Shown: positions 11,315 to 23,541, numbered from the stretch's first letter. The stretch: DNA of 63,351 bases from Tubiluchus corallicola (GCA_030141605.1 JAQGDQ010001094.1:1-63351); one strand, 5' to 3'. The notes: a model not told the origin generated them from the letters alone. Numbers and translations: made by a program.

Positions 11315-14300
11315 GTTGGTGTGTGAATAGCAGTTGCGTAAATTTAACATATTTACAGTGAGAGTTGTAAAAAATAAATAGACACCAAACGCACTGCTGT
11401 CTTGCTTGTTTTTCTTAAACTTGGCTTCATACTTACGTTTCACTTTGTTCTGGTTTTCTTTTCCTTTTTCGTTCTTTCTTTTTGGGCGGTTCTCTTTCTC
11501 CCAGTAAGTTGCTTGGACATTTGTAACTTAAGTGTCCCTCTTCCTAAGATAAAATGTCAAAACAAAAGAGGTCAGTCTTGCTGGGATATAGATTATAACT
11601 CCCAAATGGAAAGTGATAACTTTGATCATTCAACTATCTTTTGTCAAAAACCTACAAAAATTTACATTGAGACATGCTTAGAAATATGTCCAAGGCCATA
11701 TATAAAAGTTACTGCACAGATTCAAGTAATTTATTATTTTTCTCACATTTTAGTAACAGTGTAAACAACTAATAGGTGTCAAATTGGGTAGCATAAATAG
11801 CGCCTAGATCAGGGGTGTGCAAATTGCGGCCCGCCGAGAGAATTTGTGCGGCCCGCGAAGAGATTTGTCAACCTAATGAAAGTGCAGCCCAGGCGATTAA
11901 TTGAGTGTATCCAGCTGAAGTCTGTGCCACGATCCCAAAGATAGTGCGGGTAGTTTTTTCTACTAGATCGGATGCCATTAACCCTTACAAGATGGTTGTA
12001 GCTTAATGTCACTGTACTACACAGACTGTGTGATACACATTACTAATATGCATTGTATTGAAATTACCACTATCTGTCCTGAAAGTAGAAATACATGGTT
12101 TGTAATATAAATTTTAATAACTTCTAAAATAGTTTCTTGAGTGTAGTAGTAATGATGTATGCAGGTCGGATGCAAAAAAATCATTATTAGGTCCTTCTGT
12201 ACTTGGCTCCTTGATCAAACTGCCTGTAGCCTGCAGGAATTGCGGGAAAGTTTAATGTGGCCCGGCTAGTCAGATAATTTGCACACCCCTGTCCTAGAGG
12301 TTTACAGTTGCAATGCAAATGGATGGAAACTCCTTATTTCTAGAATTTTATTGCTTAGGAATAATAATAATAATAATACAATTAATTATTACACCACATT
12401 CATAGCATCGAGATTTGTCAGGGTAAGTTCTTCGTCTAATGAATTCTGGCGCTCGTCCATTGTCTGCTGCTATACTGCACTTTATTGTTCGACCAAACAT
12501 CTGAAATGGTAAGCAGTAATATTCAAAATGTCTCCATTATAAGTATGATGTAGAAGCAGGAAGAAATGCAAATGTGCAAGCAGGGCCAATTTCAGCCTAA
12601 GCGAGATGTAGGGGGTGTGAGGTCCCACGGGGGGGGGGCACCACCATGGTTGGCGGCCAGAAAATTTTTGAACTGCTAGAACGTCGGAGAAGCATTTTCG
12701 AAGAGAAAATATGGAGTTATACAGTTGTTAAAGGAAAGAACAATTGAAAGAAGAACTGCTTTATTCTCAAGACCAGTCCTTAATACTTGTCAAATAGTCA
12801 AATGAAAAACAACATCTTTGCAATATGTAATACCGTACTCTCGCTTTCGTACAAGCCGGTGTTAGAAATTCCGAAATTGAAAACAGCTGAACATCGGCAC
12901 CGAGCCGCACAAGGCAAATGGCGCTCATGCGGCAAGAGAGAGAGGAGGCAGTATGTTCGCATAAAGCAAAAAAGTGTTACCTCGGCGTGAGGCCCCCCTG
13001 GAGGGTGAGGCCCCGGGGAAGTATCCACACTCCCCCCCTTTAAATAGGCCCTGTGTGCAAGCTCTGATAGTGCATTGATGACTTCCATTACAACAGCTCA
13101 AATACCAGAGTTCTGTGCATGAAGTAATAATTAAAAGGGAAGAAAATGAAATTTTGAAGTATTTTCCAAAATATTTCCACACGAAGTTATAGTTTTGTTT
13201 AACTGCTTAAAAGATTTGTGTAATAGAAAAAGAAATTTCCTAATGATTTAAAATGTTCACACCAGCTGGTAAAATGGCACTGCATTGCCATCTCAGAGTA
13301 TAAAATTGGCTCACCAAAAACACGTTACTAATCTTATTGACAACGTAAGGTAATTTAAAATTTTGCTTAGTTAGTGAAGAGTATGCTACAAATGTTCTAA
13401 TCAGGGATGAGAATGACAAATTGCTCTGAAACAGGCCGGGGGTTCAGGGAGGCGAAGCAACAAATTGCAATTTTGTGACCATAGAGAGCCTCTAAGTGGA
13501 CTTAAAATATCAGTTACCTTGTTTCATGCATAATTTAAAATACCCAACTATCAAGGATACATGATACCTAATTGTCTCAAAAACGCCTAAGTACTGGCCG
13601 CTCCTATGCAAAAGTATATAAAAACTGTCTAGAATTGACTCAAATAACTCCGCACAATTGATTCTATATTTTTATATATAGAGATATACACGTGGTTACA
13701 CTGATGTATGTCATGTAAACAAAGTGACGGCCTGCCACCTAGCGGTCAGCTTGTGAAATAATGCACTGGGTCCGTAAAAATTTTCTCAACGAATTCACGC
13801 GATTTACAAAAATGGCACTACTGGTCTTCCAAAAACTCGGAATTCCGCATATCCGCGGAAAATTCTCATCCCTGATTCTAATTATGTTTTCCAACTTTAC
13901 ACAGTATTATCTAAACCTGTTTCGAACAACTTACCATTAAAACGGCTACACCTAGTAGTCAGAATTTGACAGAATTCATGTCATATGTCAGAATTTAAAT
14001 TTACGAGTTTTATACAGGTTTACTGCTAATGTAAACACGGTAAGGCAGCACGTAAGTGATACAAAATTTCAAAAGGACTTTTTAAAGCACTCACCATCGT
14101 GTTGTTACATGCACGAACACATTTATGCGCAGAATCTCGATCCAAAAACAACACGAATGCAACACCCTTGCTTTCGCGAGTCATCCTATCCTTCACAACT
14201 GTTACCCTAAACACAAGATCATTAGTCATTAAAATGAACATCAAACGTAAATTTCAGTTCAGGGTTATTGAATTAATTTGTCATTGCATACGTGATAAAT

Positions 14301-16970
14301 AGCCATCCTGATTTAACCTCTAGAACAAACTATTTAATTTGCTAAAGTAGGCACCGCTTAATAGACTCACTTTGGGACCGAAGTGTTTTCACCCAATTAA
14401 CCAACCGAACCGACTAACCGGTGTAGTACAGGGATGAGAATGACAAATACTAAAAAAACTCTGAAACAGGCCGGGGGCTTTGGTGCAATTTTGTGACCAT
14501 AGAGAGCCTCCAAGTGGAGTTAAAATATCAGTTACCTTGTTTCATGCATAATTTAAAATACCCAACTATCAAGGATACATGATACCTAATTTTCTCAAAA
14601 ACGTCTAAGTACTGGCAGCTCCTATGCAAAAGTATATAAAAACTGTCTGCAATTGACTCAAATAACTCCGCACAATTGATTCTATATTTTTATACATAAA
14701 GATGTACACGTGGTTACACTGATGTACATGATGTAAACAAAGTGACGGCCTGCCGACTAGCGGTCAGCTTGTGAAATAATGTACTGGCTCCGTAAAAATT
14801 TTCTCAACGAATTTATGTGATTTACAAAAATGGCACTACTGGTCTTCCAAAAACTCGGAATTCCGCGTATCCGCGGAAAATTCTCATCTCCGGTAGTATT
14901 ACTGGTATAGAAGTATGAGTCATCAGCTTAGTATGCACTGCAAAGGTTTTTACTTTCATTTTAGAAACGAAGTAATGCCTAAATTCCTTCGTGCAGTGCT
15001 TCGTCTAAGCTCACGCTTGCTATAATTGTGACATACTTACTGTACTGTTACCTGCATCGCAGGCATAACGGCAACATCTAACTGATTCCAACTGAATTCT
15101 GGCAAAGATAGTCGGGGCTTTAAAAGCAAATCGCTAAGCAAGTGATTAGATGTTTAGCTTCCAGGAATTCTTGAGTAACGAGGTTAATTGCAGTGGACGG
15201 GTGGGTCAAAGCAAACCATTAGACTAGGATATTAGTGTATAATAAACGTTCCTGCTTACAAACAAAACTGTATTTAACATGATTGTTTCTATGTATATTA
15301 AAGGACAAAAGCGAATAAAGATGATATAAAAGTCATAAAAGTTTATTTACTGAGTCACTTATGCGGAATTATTTGAGTCAATTACCAACACGCAAGGATT
15401 CATCATCATCATCCAATGAATCACACGTCCAGTGACATGATTCTGCTCACCTCCCTAAGCCAGGACTCCCTACTCACCAGTCGGTAGTCTGCTGGCAACA
15501 GAAGACGACATATCAAGACGGAAGATTATGACATTATCAGCTTACTCAAAACTCACAAAAGTTTTTGAGAACAGGAAGGTTTTTTTGGAAACAAAAATTA
15601 AAATGTTCTCAGCCTTAGTTGAAACTGTATTTCTGTATAACTCTGAGCTCTGGACATTAAAAGCAAATCATAAAGCTGAAATCGATGCGTTTCAAAGGCG
15701 AAATTACAGAAAGATTTTGGGTATTAGATGGCCAAAGAAAATTTCAAACAAAGATCTATAAGAAAAAATAAAAGAAGAACCTTGGACAAGAAAAATAAAA
15801 AGACGCCGTTTAAGATGGATTGAGCATATGCTTAGAGTACCTGATGATATTCCAGTGAAGACAGCTCTTCAACAAGCCATAGAACCAGCTAAAAAACCTG
15901 CAGGAGGACAAATGTTAACATATTTAGATTTTGCACAGAAAGATTTAAACACTTCAGCATTGATGCTTAGAAATATGCAGGGATTGAAAGCGATGCCTTT
16001 TCCAGCAATGTGGGAAATCATGGATTGGCGTGGTTGAATCGCAGGTGGTTTTCAATGCGCGTGTGCTCCATCAGTTTTGTGATAGCTGTTGCCTAAACAT
16101 TATAGCGTTACTTTAATGGGAGTCAATTTTTTTAGCATCGAGTGTCTTGGGCGCCAAGTAGCCCACCAGCCGAAGTAGGACGCGCCGTACATGGGCTGCC
16201 CAAGTAGGACACTAGAGACAGGTCACAAATTGAGTCGTTAACCGTACTGGCAGCGTCCGTTGTCCTTGTTTATTTAATAATAATAACTGAAAACGTCAAA
16301 AACATTGAATAATTTATTATACATCTGGTAAAATAAAAGAATCTTATTTTGAGTGCATAAAATTTCCAATATTAAATTTGGCTTCGATATTAATCTTTTT
16401 GAAGTTACATAAACTCACTTCTTAGGCGATTCCAACATTTGCTTAAGGTATATTATTCAGACAAGTGACCCGTTTCACTACCTCTTGGACAAATTATTGT
16501 TTTCTACTAAGTAAATGGACTAGCGAGTTATGTGCCCTACATAGTTCCCCTCTTTAAAACATTAGATACTTAGTTGAATGTTATGATGATATTAATGGAG
16601 CTGATAATAATGATGATATTACTGCAAAAAACACATTGTAAATTGTCAAGGAGTATCCATCATTATTATAAAGTTATTTTTTTCTAAAACATAATGTCAT
16701 AATGCTCGACAGCAATCGCCAGTGTCCTACTTGTGCTGCCCATGTAGGACGCTGCTTTTCCGCAAATTTAGCACATGAATTTTACCGGAACTGTCCTACT
16801 TCGGCTAGTGATTTACTCGGCGCCCTACACTTCTATTAAATAGCCAGCCATACATACTTTACAACTTTTCCATGTCTTTCGAAGATCTTATGCAGATCGT
16901 TGTTTGTCAAGGAAAACGGTAGGTTTGACACATAGACAGTGCTCTTACTTGGTGCCAGGTTTCCACTCAT
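8609..16970 (-). CDS. ZCRB1: Zinc finger CCHC-type and RNA-binding motif protein 1 (U11/U12 snRNP 31K); 6 coding exons, 223 aa
   Basis: Exons 16970-16858, 14206-14095, 12500-12393, 11543-11437, 10451-10364 and 8752-8609 (672 nt, all phases consistent). [26 protein letters not shown]...[11 protein letters not shown] (RRM), [17 protein letters not shown] (CCHC knuckle), C-terminal YFSDEEE. Confidence 0.96.
8830..9110. repeat. Old dispersed repeat; inverted relative at about 13240-14026 (split by a MITE) and a partial copy near 44490-44640
   Basis: Patchy similarity by eye, e.g. GCAGTAACGCTGTATAAAAC...GTAAATTTAAA and TTGTCAATAAGATTA. Confidence 0.5.
10684..11140 (-). mobile_element. piggyBac-like TTAA MITE (family copy 1 of 4)
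   Basis: TTAA|CCCTTT...AAAGGG|TTAA. Two internal GTATCCCGTGGGATAC-type near-palindromes. Confidence 0.88.
11238..11314. repeat. (CT)n microsatellite
   Basis: Directly visible. Confidence 0.95.
11810..12291. mobile_element. hAT (Charlie-like) MITE
   Basis: TIR CAGGGGTGTGCAAATT / AATTTGCACACCCCTG. Degenerate 8-bp TSD GCCTAGAT/TCCTAGAG. Subterminal GCGGCCCG motifs. Confidence 0.88.
12581..13053 (-). mobile_element. hAT MITE, CAGGGCC family
   Basis: TIR CAGGGCC...GGCCCTG. Perfect TSD TGTGCAAG at 12573-12580 and 13054-13061. Inverted relative to the 34249 and 45973 copies. Confidence 0.92.
13402..13874 (+). mobile_element. hAT MITE, CAGGGATGAGAAT family, nested in an older repeat
   Basis: 13-bp TIR; TSD GTTCTAAT/ATTCTAAT. 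Confidence 0.9.
14429..14892 (+). mobile_element. hAT MITE, CAGGGATGAGAAT family (second copy)
   Basis: Highly similar direct copy of 13402-13874; right TIR slightly decayed. Confidence 0.88.
15401..15974 (-). mobile_element. RTE-like LINE insertion with 5' inversion
   Basis: (GAT)n tail plus the last 65 nt or so lie on - (15401-15476). The upstream ORF part lies on + (about 15480-15974: [10 protein letters not shown]...[18 protein letters not shown]). TSD ACGCAAGGATT/ATGCAGGGATT. Confidence 0.85.
16140..16833. mobile_element. Old long-TIR non-autonomous DNA transposon (possibly Mutator-like)
   Basis: Degenerate inverted ends of about 80-110 bp: ...GGGCGCCAAGTA...AGCCGAAGTAGGAC versus GTCCTACTTCGGCT...TACTCGGCGCCC. 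No clear TSD. Confidence 0.55.
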
Positions 16971-17475
16971 CGTGCTTATTTACCCAAGGAAGTTAGTTTG
17001 AATCAATCTGTGACTGATTAAAACCAACGCACTGTAAACTTCACATTCTAACAAATTTGATAATTGGCTAAGATGTATTAACTGATAATTAAACAGTTCC
17101 GTTTAGACATCGCAACACCTTAAAAAAATAACATTCGGTTTATAGAAATTTGTTGACATGCGAACCCTTCCAAGCAACATCATTTTACAAGTAACAAGAG
17201 AGGATATCTTTATTTTCGGTATCGTTCTGAAATGGTTTTCTCCCACGCCGTATCCTGGTAATATTTTACGAAACGTCAATTACTGTAAATTAAGATCAGT
17301 AATACAATTACGGAATAAATTTTGCACCACAGAAAAGGAGAGGAAAGGAGAACTAAAACGGTACGGAAGGGGAAAACGGAGGGAAAGAGAGAAAGAGCAG
17401 AGAGAAAAGAGAGAAGAAGGGATTTGACAAAAACTGATGCCCATGCATCTTCTCATCTTCTTTATAGCAGTACCG
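16971..17475. promoter_or_regulatory. Probable divergent promoter region between ZCRB1 and the DH44-like gene
   Basis: Head-to-head start codons about 1.16 kb apart. Candidate + strand 5'UTR intron from CG|GTGAGC (17476) to CTCTAG|G (17952). Inference only. Confidence 0.4.
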
Positions 17476-18128
17476 GTGAGCAATTTTTAAGCATACGCAC
17501 TGCATGTACAAAAACGTTAATGAATGTCATAAATTACCAATGATTTTTTCATGAATGGCTTATTACATCATAAACATGTCTATTAGCAGGTTAGATGTTC
17601 ATGTAGGAATAAACACTGATAAAATGACAACGAACTGACATTTAATGGGGGCCACTTCCCTACCTATGCAGCATAAAAAGAAGCAATGTACGTTTGCTTG
17701 TGTAAATATAGGCTTGTTCTTAGGTATACAATTTTTGATATATGTTTGACACCAAAGAACAGTTTAACAAAAAATGACAGAGCATTGTAGAAAAGTGTAC
17801 AATAATGTTCACCCCTATCATTGTCTCCAAAGTGCCATTGGAAAAGAGGTTAATACCATGCGTGTAAAGCGCAGTCATAATTTAAAATGATGCACACCTG
17901 AGTAAAGTTCATTTATGTGAAGAAAACTGACTTCCTGCTTTGCGGGCTCTAGGGTTTCTTGTGTAAACGTGAACTATGACAGGTTTTAAATGGCGACTGT
18001 CATCAACAAAACGAGTTCTGATAACATAAAACCCAAAAGATGGCCATAAGTTAAAACTGTCAAGTTTGAATAACATTGTGTGCATTGTAAAAAATGCTGA
18101 AAACTGTTGGGTGAATCAAAAATTAAAC

Positions 18129-18920
18129 ATGTCTGATAAATATAAGCTGTTATTTATACTGTTTGTGTCTTATTGCACCACATGTATATTTTCAACTGGT
18201 GAAAGTGAAGTTGTGGACAACATGTTGAGTGAAAATAATGACCAGGTGCCAGAGGAAAACAGTCCAGTGCTCCAAAACCGCATGATGCAGAAAGTTTGCA
18301 CTGGCATTTGCAGAAAATTTTTAACACAGACGAATGAAGAAAATTTAAAGGAAAAAGATTCATTACAAGAAAAGGGCAAAAAATGGTTTCTGCTTTCACA
18401 GGAAAGGCATAGAGGAAATCTTCGAAAGCGAAACGTCTTACTGAACAGTCTCCTGAACATCCGCAAATACAGTCAGCCTCAAATATGGTTTAAGACCCGG
18501 ATGTATATGTTGGCCTTCAAAATCAGGACCTGTAGACCTGACTACATTGAGAAAGAAATTTTCATCAATGGGCTCTGCAAGTTGTGCTGCAACTCTCTAA
18601 AGTTGAACATACACCAAATTAAAGAGCAAAAAAATCCACTGCCCCGGGACAAAATCAGAACAGCAGAAAACTCTTGGCGACTCAAGGTCCATGGCATTGA
18701 CAAGAAGCAACAAATACTACTGCCAGAACAAAATTCCTCATTTGTTAATGGGTTTACTGCAGTGCTTAAGCAGGGTAAACGTGCTCCTACTTTATCAGTT
18801 GTAAATCCACTCACTGTATTACGTAAACAGTTAGCTCTAGAAACTGCCAGACAACAAATTCGAAAGAATCAATTGTATTTACAGAAGAACAGAAAATTGT
18901 TGTCTGAAATTGGTAAATGA
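18129..18920 (+). CDS. Dh44: CRF-like diuretic hormone (DH44/CRH/ELH family) neuropeptide precursor, single coding ORF, 263 aa
   Basis: Signal-peptide-like N-terminus MSDKYKLLFILFVSYCTTCIFS. KR cleavage site, then the 43-aa APTLSVVNPLTVLRKQLALETARQQIRKNQLYLQKNRKLLSEI plus GK-stop (amidation), matching the PSLSIVNPLDVLR...N..LL..I-amide consensus. AATAAA near 19046 and 19056. Confidence 0.88.
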   Translation: MSDKYKLLFILFVSYCTTCIFSTGESEVVDNMLSENNDQVPEENSPVLQNRMMQKVCTGICRKFLTQTNEENLKEKDSLQEKGKKWFLLSQERHRGNLRKRNVLLNSLLNIRKYSQPQIWFKTRMYMLAFKIRTCRPDYIEKEIFINGLCKLCCNSLKLNIHQIKEQKNPLPRDKIRTAENSWRLKVHGIDKKQQILLPEQNSSFVNGFTAVLKQGKRAPTLSVVNPLTVLRKQLALETARQQIRKNQLYLQKNRKLLSEIGK

Positions 18921-19279
18921 ATCACCAATATTACATTAAAAATCTCTAATTTTTAGGCCTAAAATTAGAGTTATGAAAATGCAGACACAGAAAAATGATG
19001 CATAATAGGTTTTTCATAATTCATTTCTTGTTTATTTATAAAAGTAATAAATCTAAATAAATTCATTTTCTTATTAACAATAAGGATTTTGTTTAGACGT
19101 CACAGATTTTTTTTCCGAACCATTTGTGATTTGTTTGACAATGATAAATATTGCTAGACTTTACGAGCAAACACGTGGAATATATACGAATCCAGCAGTG
19201 CAGAGCTGGCTTATTGGCTAGAGTAGGCCAATAATATTCGGTCTAAAACCAAATAACAGGCAACTGATAAAAGTTTTAA

Positions 19280-19739
19280 CCCTTTCATACCCGTTGTATC
19301 CCGCGGGATACGAAAATATTTTCTGCCTATAAAATTAATAAAATCTTAAAACTGAGAGTTATTTGGTCTGTTAATAGTTATTTTGATTTAAGCCAATAAC
19401 AATAGACTAAAAATGGTGATAAAATGGCAAACTAGAAAATCTACATTGCATAAAAAACTGCGCAAGGTACAGTACTTTAGAGACGACTTTGTACACATCA
19501 GCATAGTATACATAGTAAATGTCTTAAATACTTTAAAAAATTATCAGCAGTTGCAAAAAGAAACACATTTTAGGCTTCCATTGAATCCCAATGTATCCCG
19601 TGGGATACAGGCTATATTTAGCACGCGGGCACAGGTAGAAAAAAATAATTATTATGTGTAAACAAGATGGACATACTGAACAAAAGTACCAAGCCAAGAA
19701 TTTTTTTCTTATTAAAAAAATATTTTGGGACTGAAAGGG
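19280..19739 (+). mobile_element. piggyBac-like TTAA MITE (copy 2)
   Basis: TTAA|CCCTTTCA...TGAAAGGG|TTAA; reverse complement of 10684-11140. Confidence 0.9.
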
Positions 19740-20543
19740 TTAACATATTCTATACACGTTGCACCAACCGTTGCTGTACCAGCAGGTCTTACAGCCATTT
19801 TGGATTCGTGCACATACCTATACGGTAATGAGACTTGAGATTTAATCATGAAATAGAATTTAACATAACCAGTGAAATGTGCACGTAACTGGAAAGTTAG
19901 AGGTATAAACATGACAGTTCTACACAGTTACAGTATCATAAATAAATTATCAAACCTACCTACAAAGGCAAACAAAAATGTAAATAATACTATAATACAC
20001 ATAATATTATATCTTACAAAAGTATGGTCTTTCGTAAATCTAAAACATTAAAAGCAAATTCCAGGCATAGAATTTACACAAACTACAGACAATTACACAA
20101 TTTATAGACTAGTGTGTAAACATAAATTTTATTTTAAAAATAAACTTTAACCAGTATTTTGTTGTTTGCAATTTCCCTGAACTGAGTACGTTGTATACAT
20201 ATACAAGATAATTATGTGCATTTTCACATCGCAAAATTCTCGCTGAAACCACGGTGTGGCAGTAATAAATAATAACTATTATACGTAATAGTAATTAGCA
20301 GCTCATAATAACAAAATTTATTTCACTTACAAGGTGGAAAAATGGATATTTATTACAGCATGATTAAACTAACGAATTTTATAATTTTAAACATAATTGC
20401 AATACCTTTACTTGAAAAGAAGAACGTGGGAGATTGGAGCCAAAATGATTTGGAAATTGAGTAATGATTATAATTTACAACATTCATACAAATTATATTA
20501 TGTAATAACAATTATATTATACAAGTGACTATGCAGGAAATTA

Positions 20544-20981
20544 CCGTATTTTCCCGTGTATAAGAGACCCTTTTTTGCTCAGAATTTTCACTTTAAAAAT
20601 AGGGGGTCTCTTATACATGGGAGTAAGTCTTTTCAATAAGATGCATAAATTGTGACACTAATGATTTTAAAGAAATAAGTGCTCTACAACTGTTTTGCGT
20701 GTCGCGTTCGACTATGAAGCGGTTGTAAGCAATACAAGCATCGTGACACAGGCATTATCTCCTCGTTTTCTCTTTTCCTGTTACAGGTTTGCAGGTACGC
20801 ACTTTAATATATACCAGAACTCTTTTTCTACAACACATTAACTGGTTTTATTTTGTTTTCAGTACCGCACTGAGTTGAAAAAAGTTGTACTTTACCCTCT
20901 AAAAATGTCCGTCTGAAAAAACTTTTTTCCAGAATTTTTGCCTAAAAATTGAAGGGGTCTCTTATACACGGGAAAATACGG
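20544..20981. mobile_element. Tc1/mariner-pogo type MITE
   Basis: About 28-bp TIR CCGTATTTTCCCGTGTATAAGAGACCC with TA TSD; extra internal TIR copy near 20604-20622. Confidence 0.9.
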
Positions 20982-21988
20982 TATATACATGTGTATAGTA
21001 AACATATTTATCGTATTTGCATGCTGACTGGCCTTATAGAACTTGACAGCAACATTAAAAAATGTTCATACTTCGCATGTGCATTTTGCGTCTGATCACA
21101 CTGAAGCAAAACAGTGAAATAGCTGAATGGTCACGGTATGCGCTTTGCGACAGAAGTTAAGCAACACCCCAAGTTAATAAATGGATGGATGATTGCTTTT
21201 GGACAGTTTCAGCTTTAATAATGCCTTTGGCTATTTAGTTTATTGAGGGAGGATACTCAATCAAACATATTAAGACACATCCAGCTATCAGTACAGTGTC
21301 TCATCTTGCAGTATTTCATTGGTAAAGAGTTAGGCTCTTGTTCAGCCCAGTCATCTATTGTGGACAGATGCGATCCTTGCTCGCAGAATGCAAACTTTAT
21401 AAAAAACAAGGGTAAAAAAACACCTTTGAAAAGAAGCATTGGTGAGATTTTCATGCTGTTTAAATCAATTTTAGTAGAGAGCTAACATTTGATATTTTTC
21501 TACTGCTTATGTCTGTTTCTGTCACATAACATAATGCAACATTTTTTGCGCAATCTCTACCAAGCTCGTAGATCACATGGTGCTATGATAACTGTACATA
21601 AAAGCATAACTTCATTAATGCATAAAAATTCAACATGCATCTTAAATACAAGCAAAAAGATAAGGCAGGTCAAACTCTCCTACCTTGTGCACATTCCCAC
21701 TATGAACCTCTCTAAACTCAGATCTACTTGTTATGAACAGCCAGAACTAGACAGTGGAGTATAATACTAATGATAACAGGTATAAACCACATAAACCGTG
21801 CAATTTTGTTTTTCTTTTTTAATAGGAGTGAAGCATACGGTTTGCCTTTGAAGTAGAACTGAATTTTTGAAAATGAAAATCACATAGGTCTAGCTGCTAA
21901 TAATAAAGCCAAACAAAGATTTATGTATGTAGGTAATAACACATGTAATTTGTTATATGAAATTCAATGCTCAAAAGAGGTCCTATAG

Positions 21989-22671
21989 CAGGGGCGGAAC
22001 TGGGGGGGGGGGGGGCAAGGGGGGCGCCCTGTCAAAATTTGCGCCCCCCCATGCAAAATCGGATAAATAATTTTTTTGCACTGAAAATTGCAGTTCGCAT
22101 GTAATCATTTTCAATATGAATTAGAAATAGGTAAAAAAATTTTTGGTAGCTTCAGTGTGCGTGCAGACAAAACTCAGTGTGCATAGAGGTGCCTATCACA
22201 GTGTAGGCCTACAGGGACCACACACAGTCACAGGCACTAGATGTATACGATGAGTGTGTGTCGGAAAACAAAGTCATCGACACGATTTTAAGCAAAAGAG
22301 CTGCGACGTTAAAATTATGACACAATAAACTTGTTGTCGTAACAAAGCTGGTGTGGGTTTTTGAATGACGTATCGTTCCACATTTCATTTTGGCATTATT
22401 TCCTGCGTATTATTTTCTTAAAACTTGTGTGTGATAAATTTCTGTAAATAACAATTTAGTTAGAGGCACATTAATAACGTTAGGTTAACTGAGAGTTAAT
22501 TTTCTCATTATTGCTCTGTCCACTATGCCGTTCTACACACGCTAATTATAGGCCTGCATGCAGTATAAAAGGGGTTAAAAATTGGCTTAACCGTTATTTA
22601 ACCACTCGGATACCTCGCCCTCCCAGAAAATCTTTGCCCCCCCATGCTTGCCACATCTAGTTCCGCCCCTG
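21989..22671. mobile_element. hAT MITE
   Basis: TIR CAGGGGCGGAACT/AGTTCCGCCCCTG. Perfect TSD TCCTATAG. The empty site is preserved in the inverted copy near 24385-24400. Confidence 0.92.
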
Positions 22672-23182
22672 TCCTATAGACTCACGTCCTGGGAAACCAG
22701 GGTTTGAAAGTATGGTAAGTGCTGTAAGTCTGCGTCACTATCCATTGTAATTACAGCTTATAAAGTCACTCACCCCTTCTCCTCAGACAACCTCAACATA
22801 TGATAATCACTGGACTTGAAAAAGAGCATTAATGAATATTAATGTTAAAAAACTGAAGCAATCATAAAATGTGAAGATTTGACAGACGCGAAAATGTCTG
22901 TAAGCTTCACACTGACACCAGTAATAAGGTTTGAACCTAAGTTGTCCTACTGTACAAGTTTTATGTAATTTTGCAGGTGCTTATGTTCAACCTGTTTTCG
23001 TGAACACTTTTCTCAATCTCAAATCAGAATCCCTCGCAGTAAGCCATTATCCTGGTTCACACCAAGTAAATAAAACACACAAAGACATTTGATAAGCAAA
23101 TAATTTATAAACGCCCAAACTGACTTCACTTTTCTAACTAGGGAAAATGAGATATCGACTGAGTCGTACAAGCCAGTATGCC

Positions 23183-23541
23183 TGTAACATATAGTCATAG
23201 ATGTAGAATCTTGTACTAAAAGGTTACCCATATTACTCGTAGCTCTTTATGGTAATAAACAAATCATTTATGCATATCTGACATGGTGTCAGAAGTGGGA
23301 TGTAGTGAAACTGTGGAAGAAGCTTTGTTGAAGTATTGTAATTCATACACTTTCGTATTTAATATAGTAGACTTGGAAGTTGACATTTTAAATTCCGTTT
23401 TGAGCTCAATAGGATTGTATCGCTTTGTGAGAAAGGGAGATGTAACATATAGTCATAGATGTAGAATCTTGTACTAAAAGGTTACCCATATTACTTGTGG
23501 ATAATTATGGTAATAAACAAATCATTTATGCATATCTGACA
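23183..23541 (+). mobile_element. TRIM (terminal-repeat retrotransposon in miniature), 359 bp
   Basis: Two 101-bp LTRs TG...CA (23183-23283 and 23441-23541). PBS TGGTGTCAGAAGTGGGAT (tRNA-Leu type) at 23284-23301. PPT AGAAAGGGAGA at 23430-23440. TSD ATGCC/ACGCC. Confidence 0.9.

Noticed and set aside
21090-21200. Very decayed 5S-like motif (GAAGTTAAGCAAC...TGGATGG)
   Set aside because: Too short and too diverged to support a call by eye.
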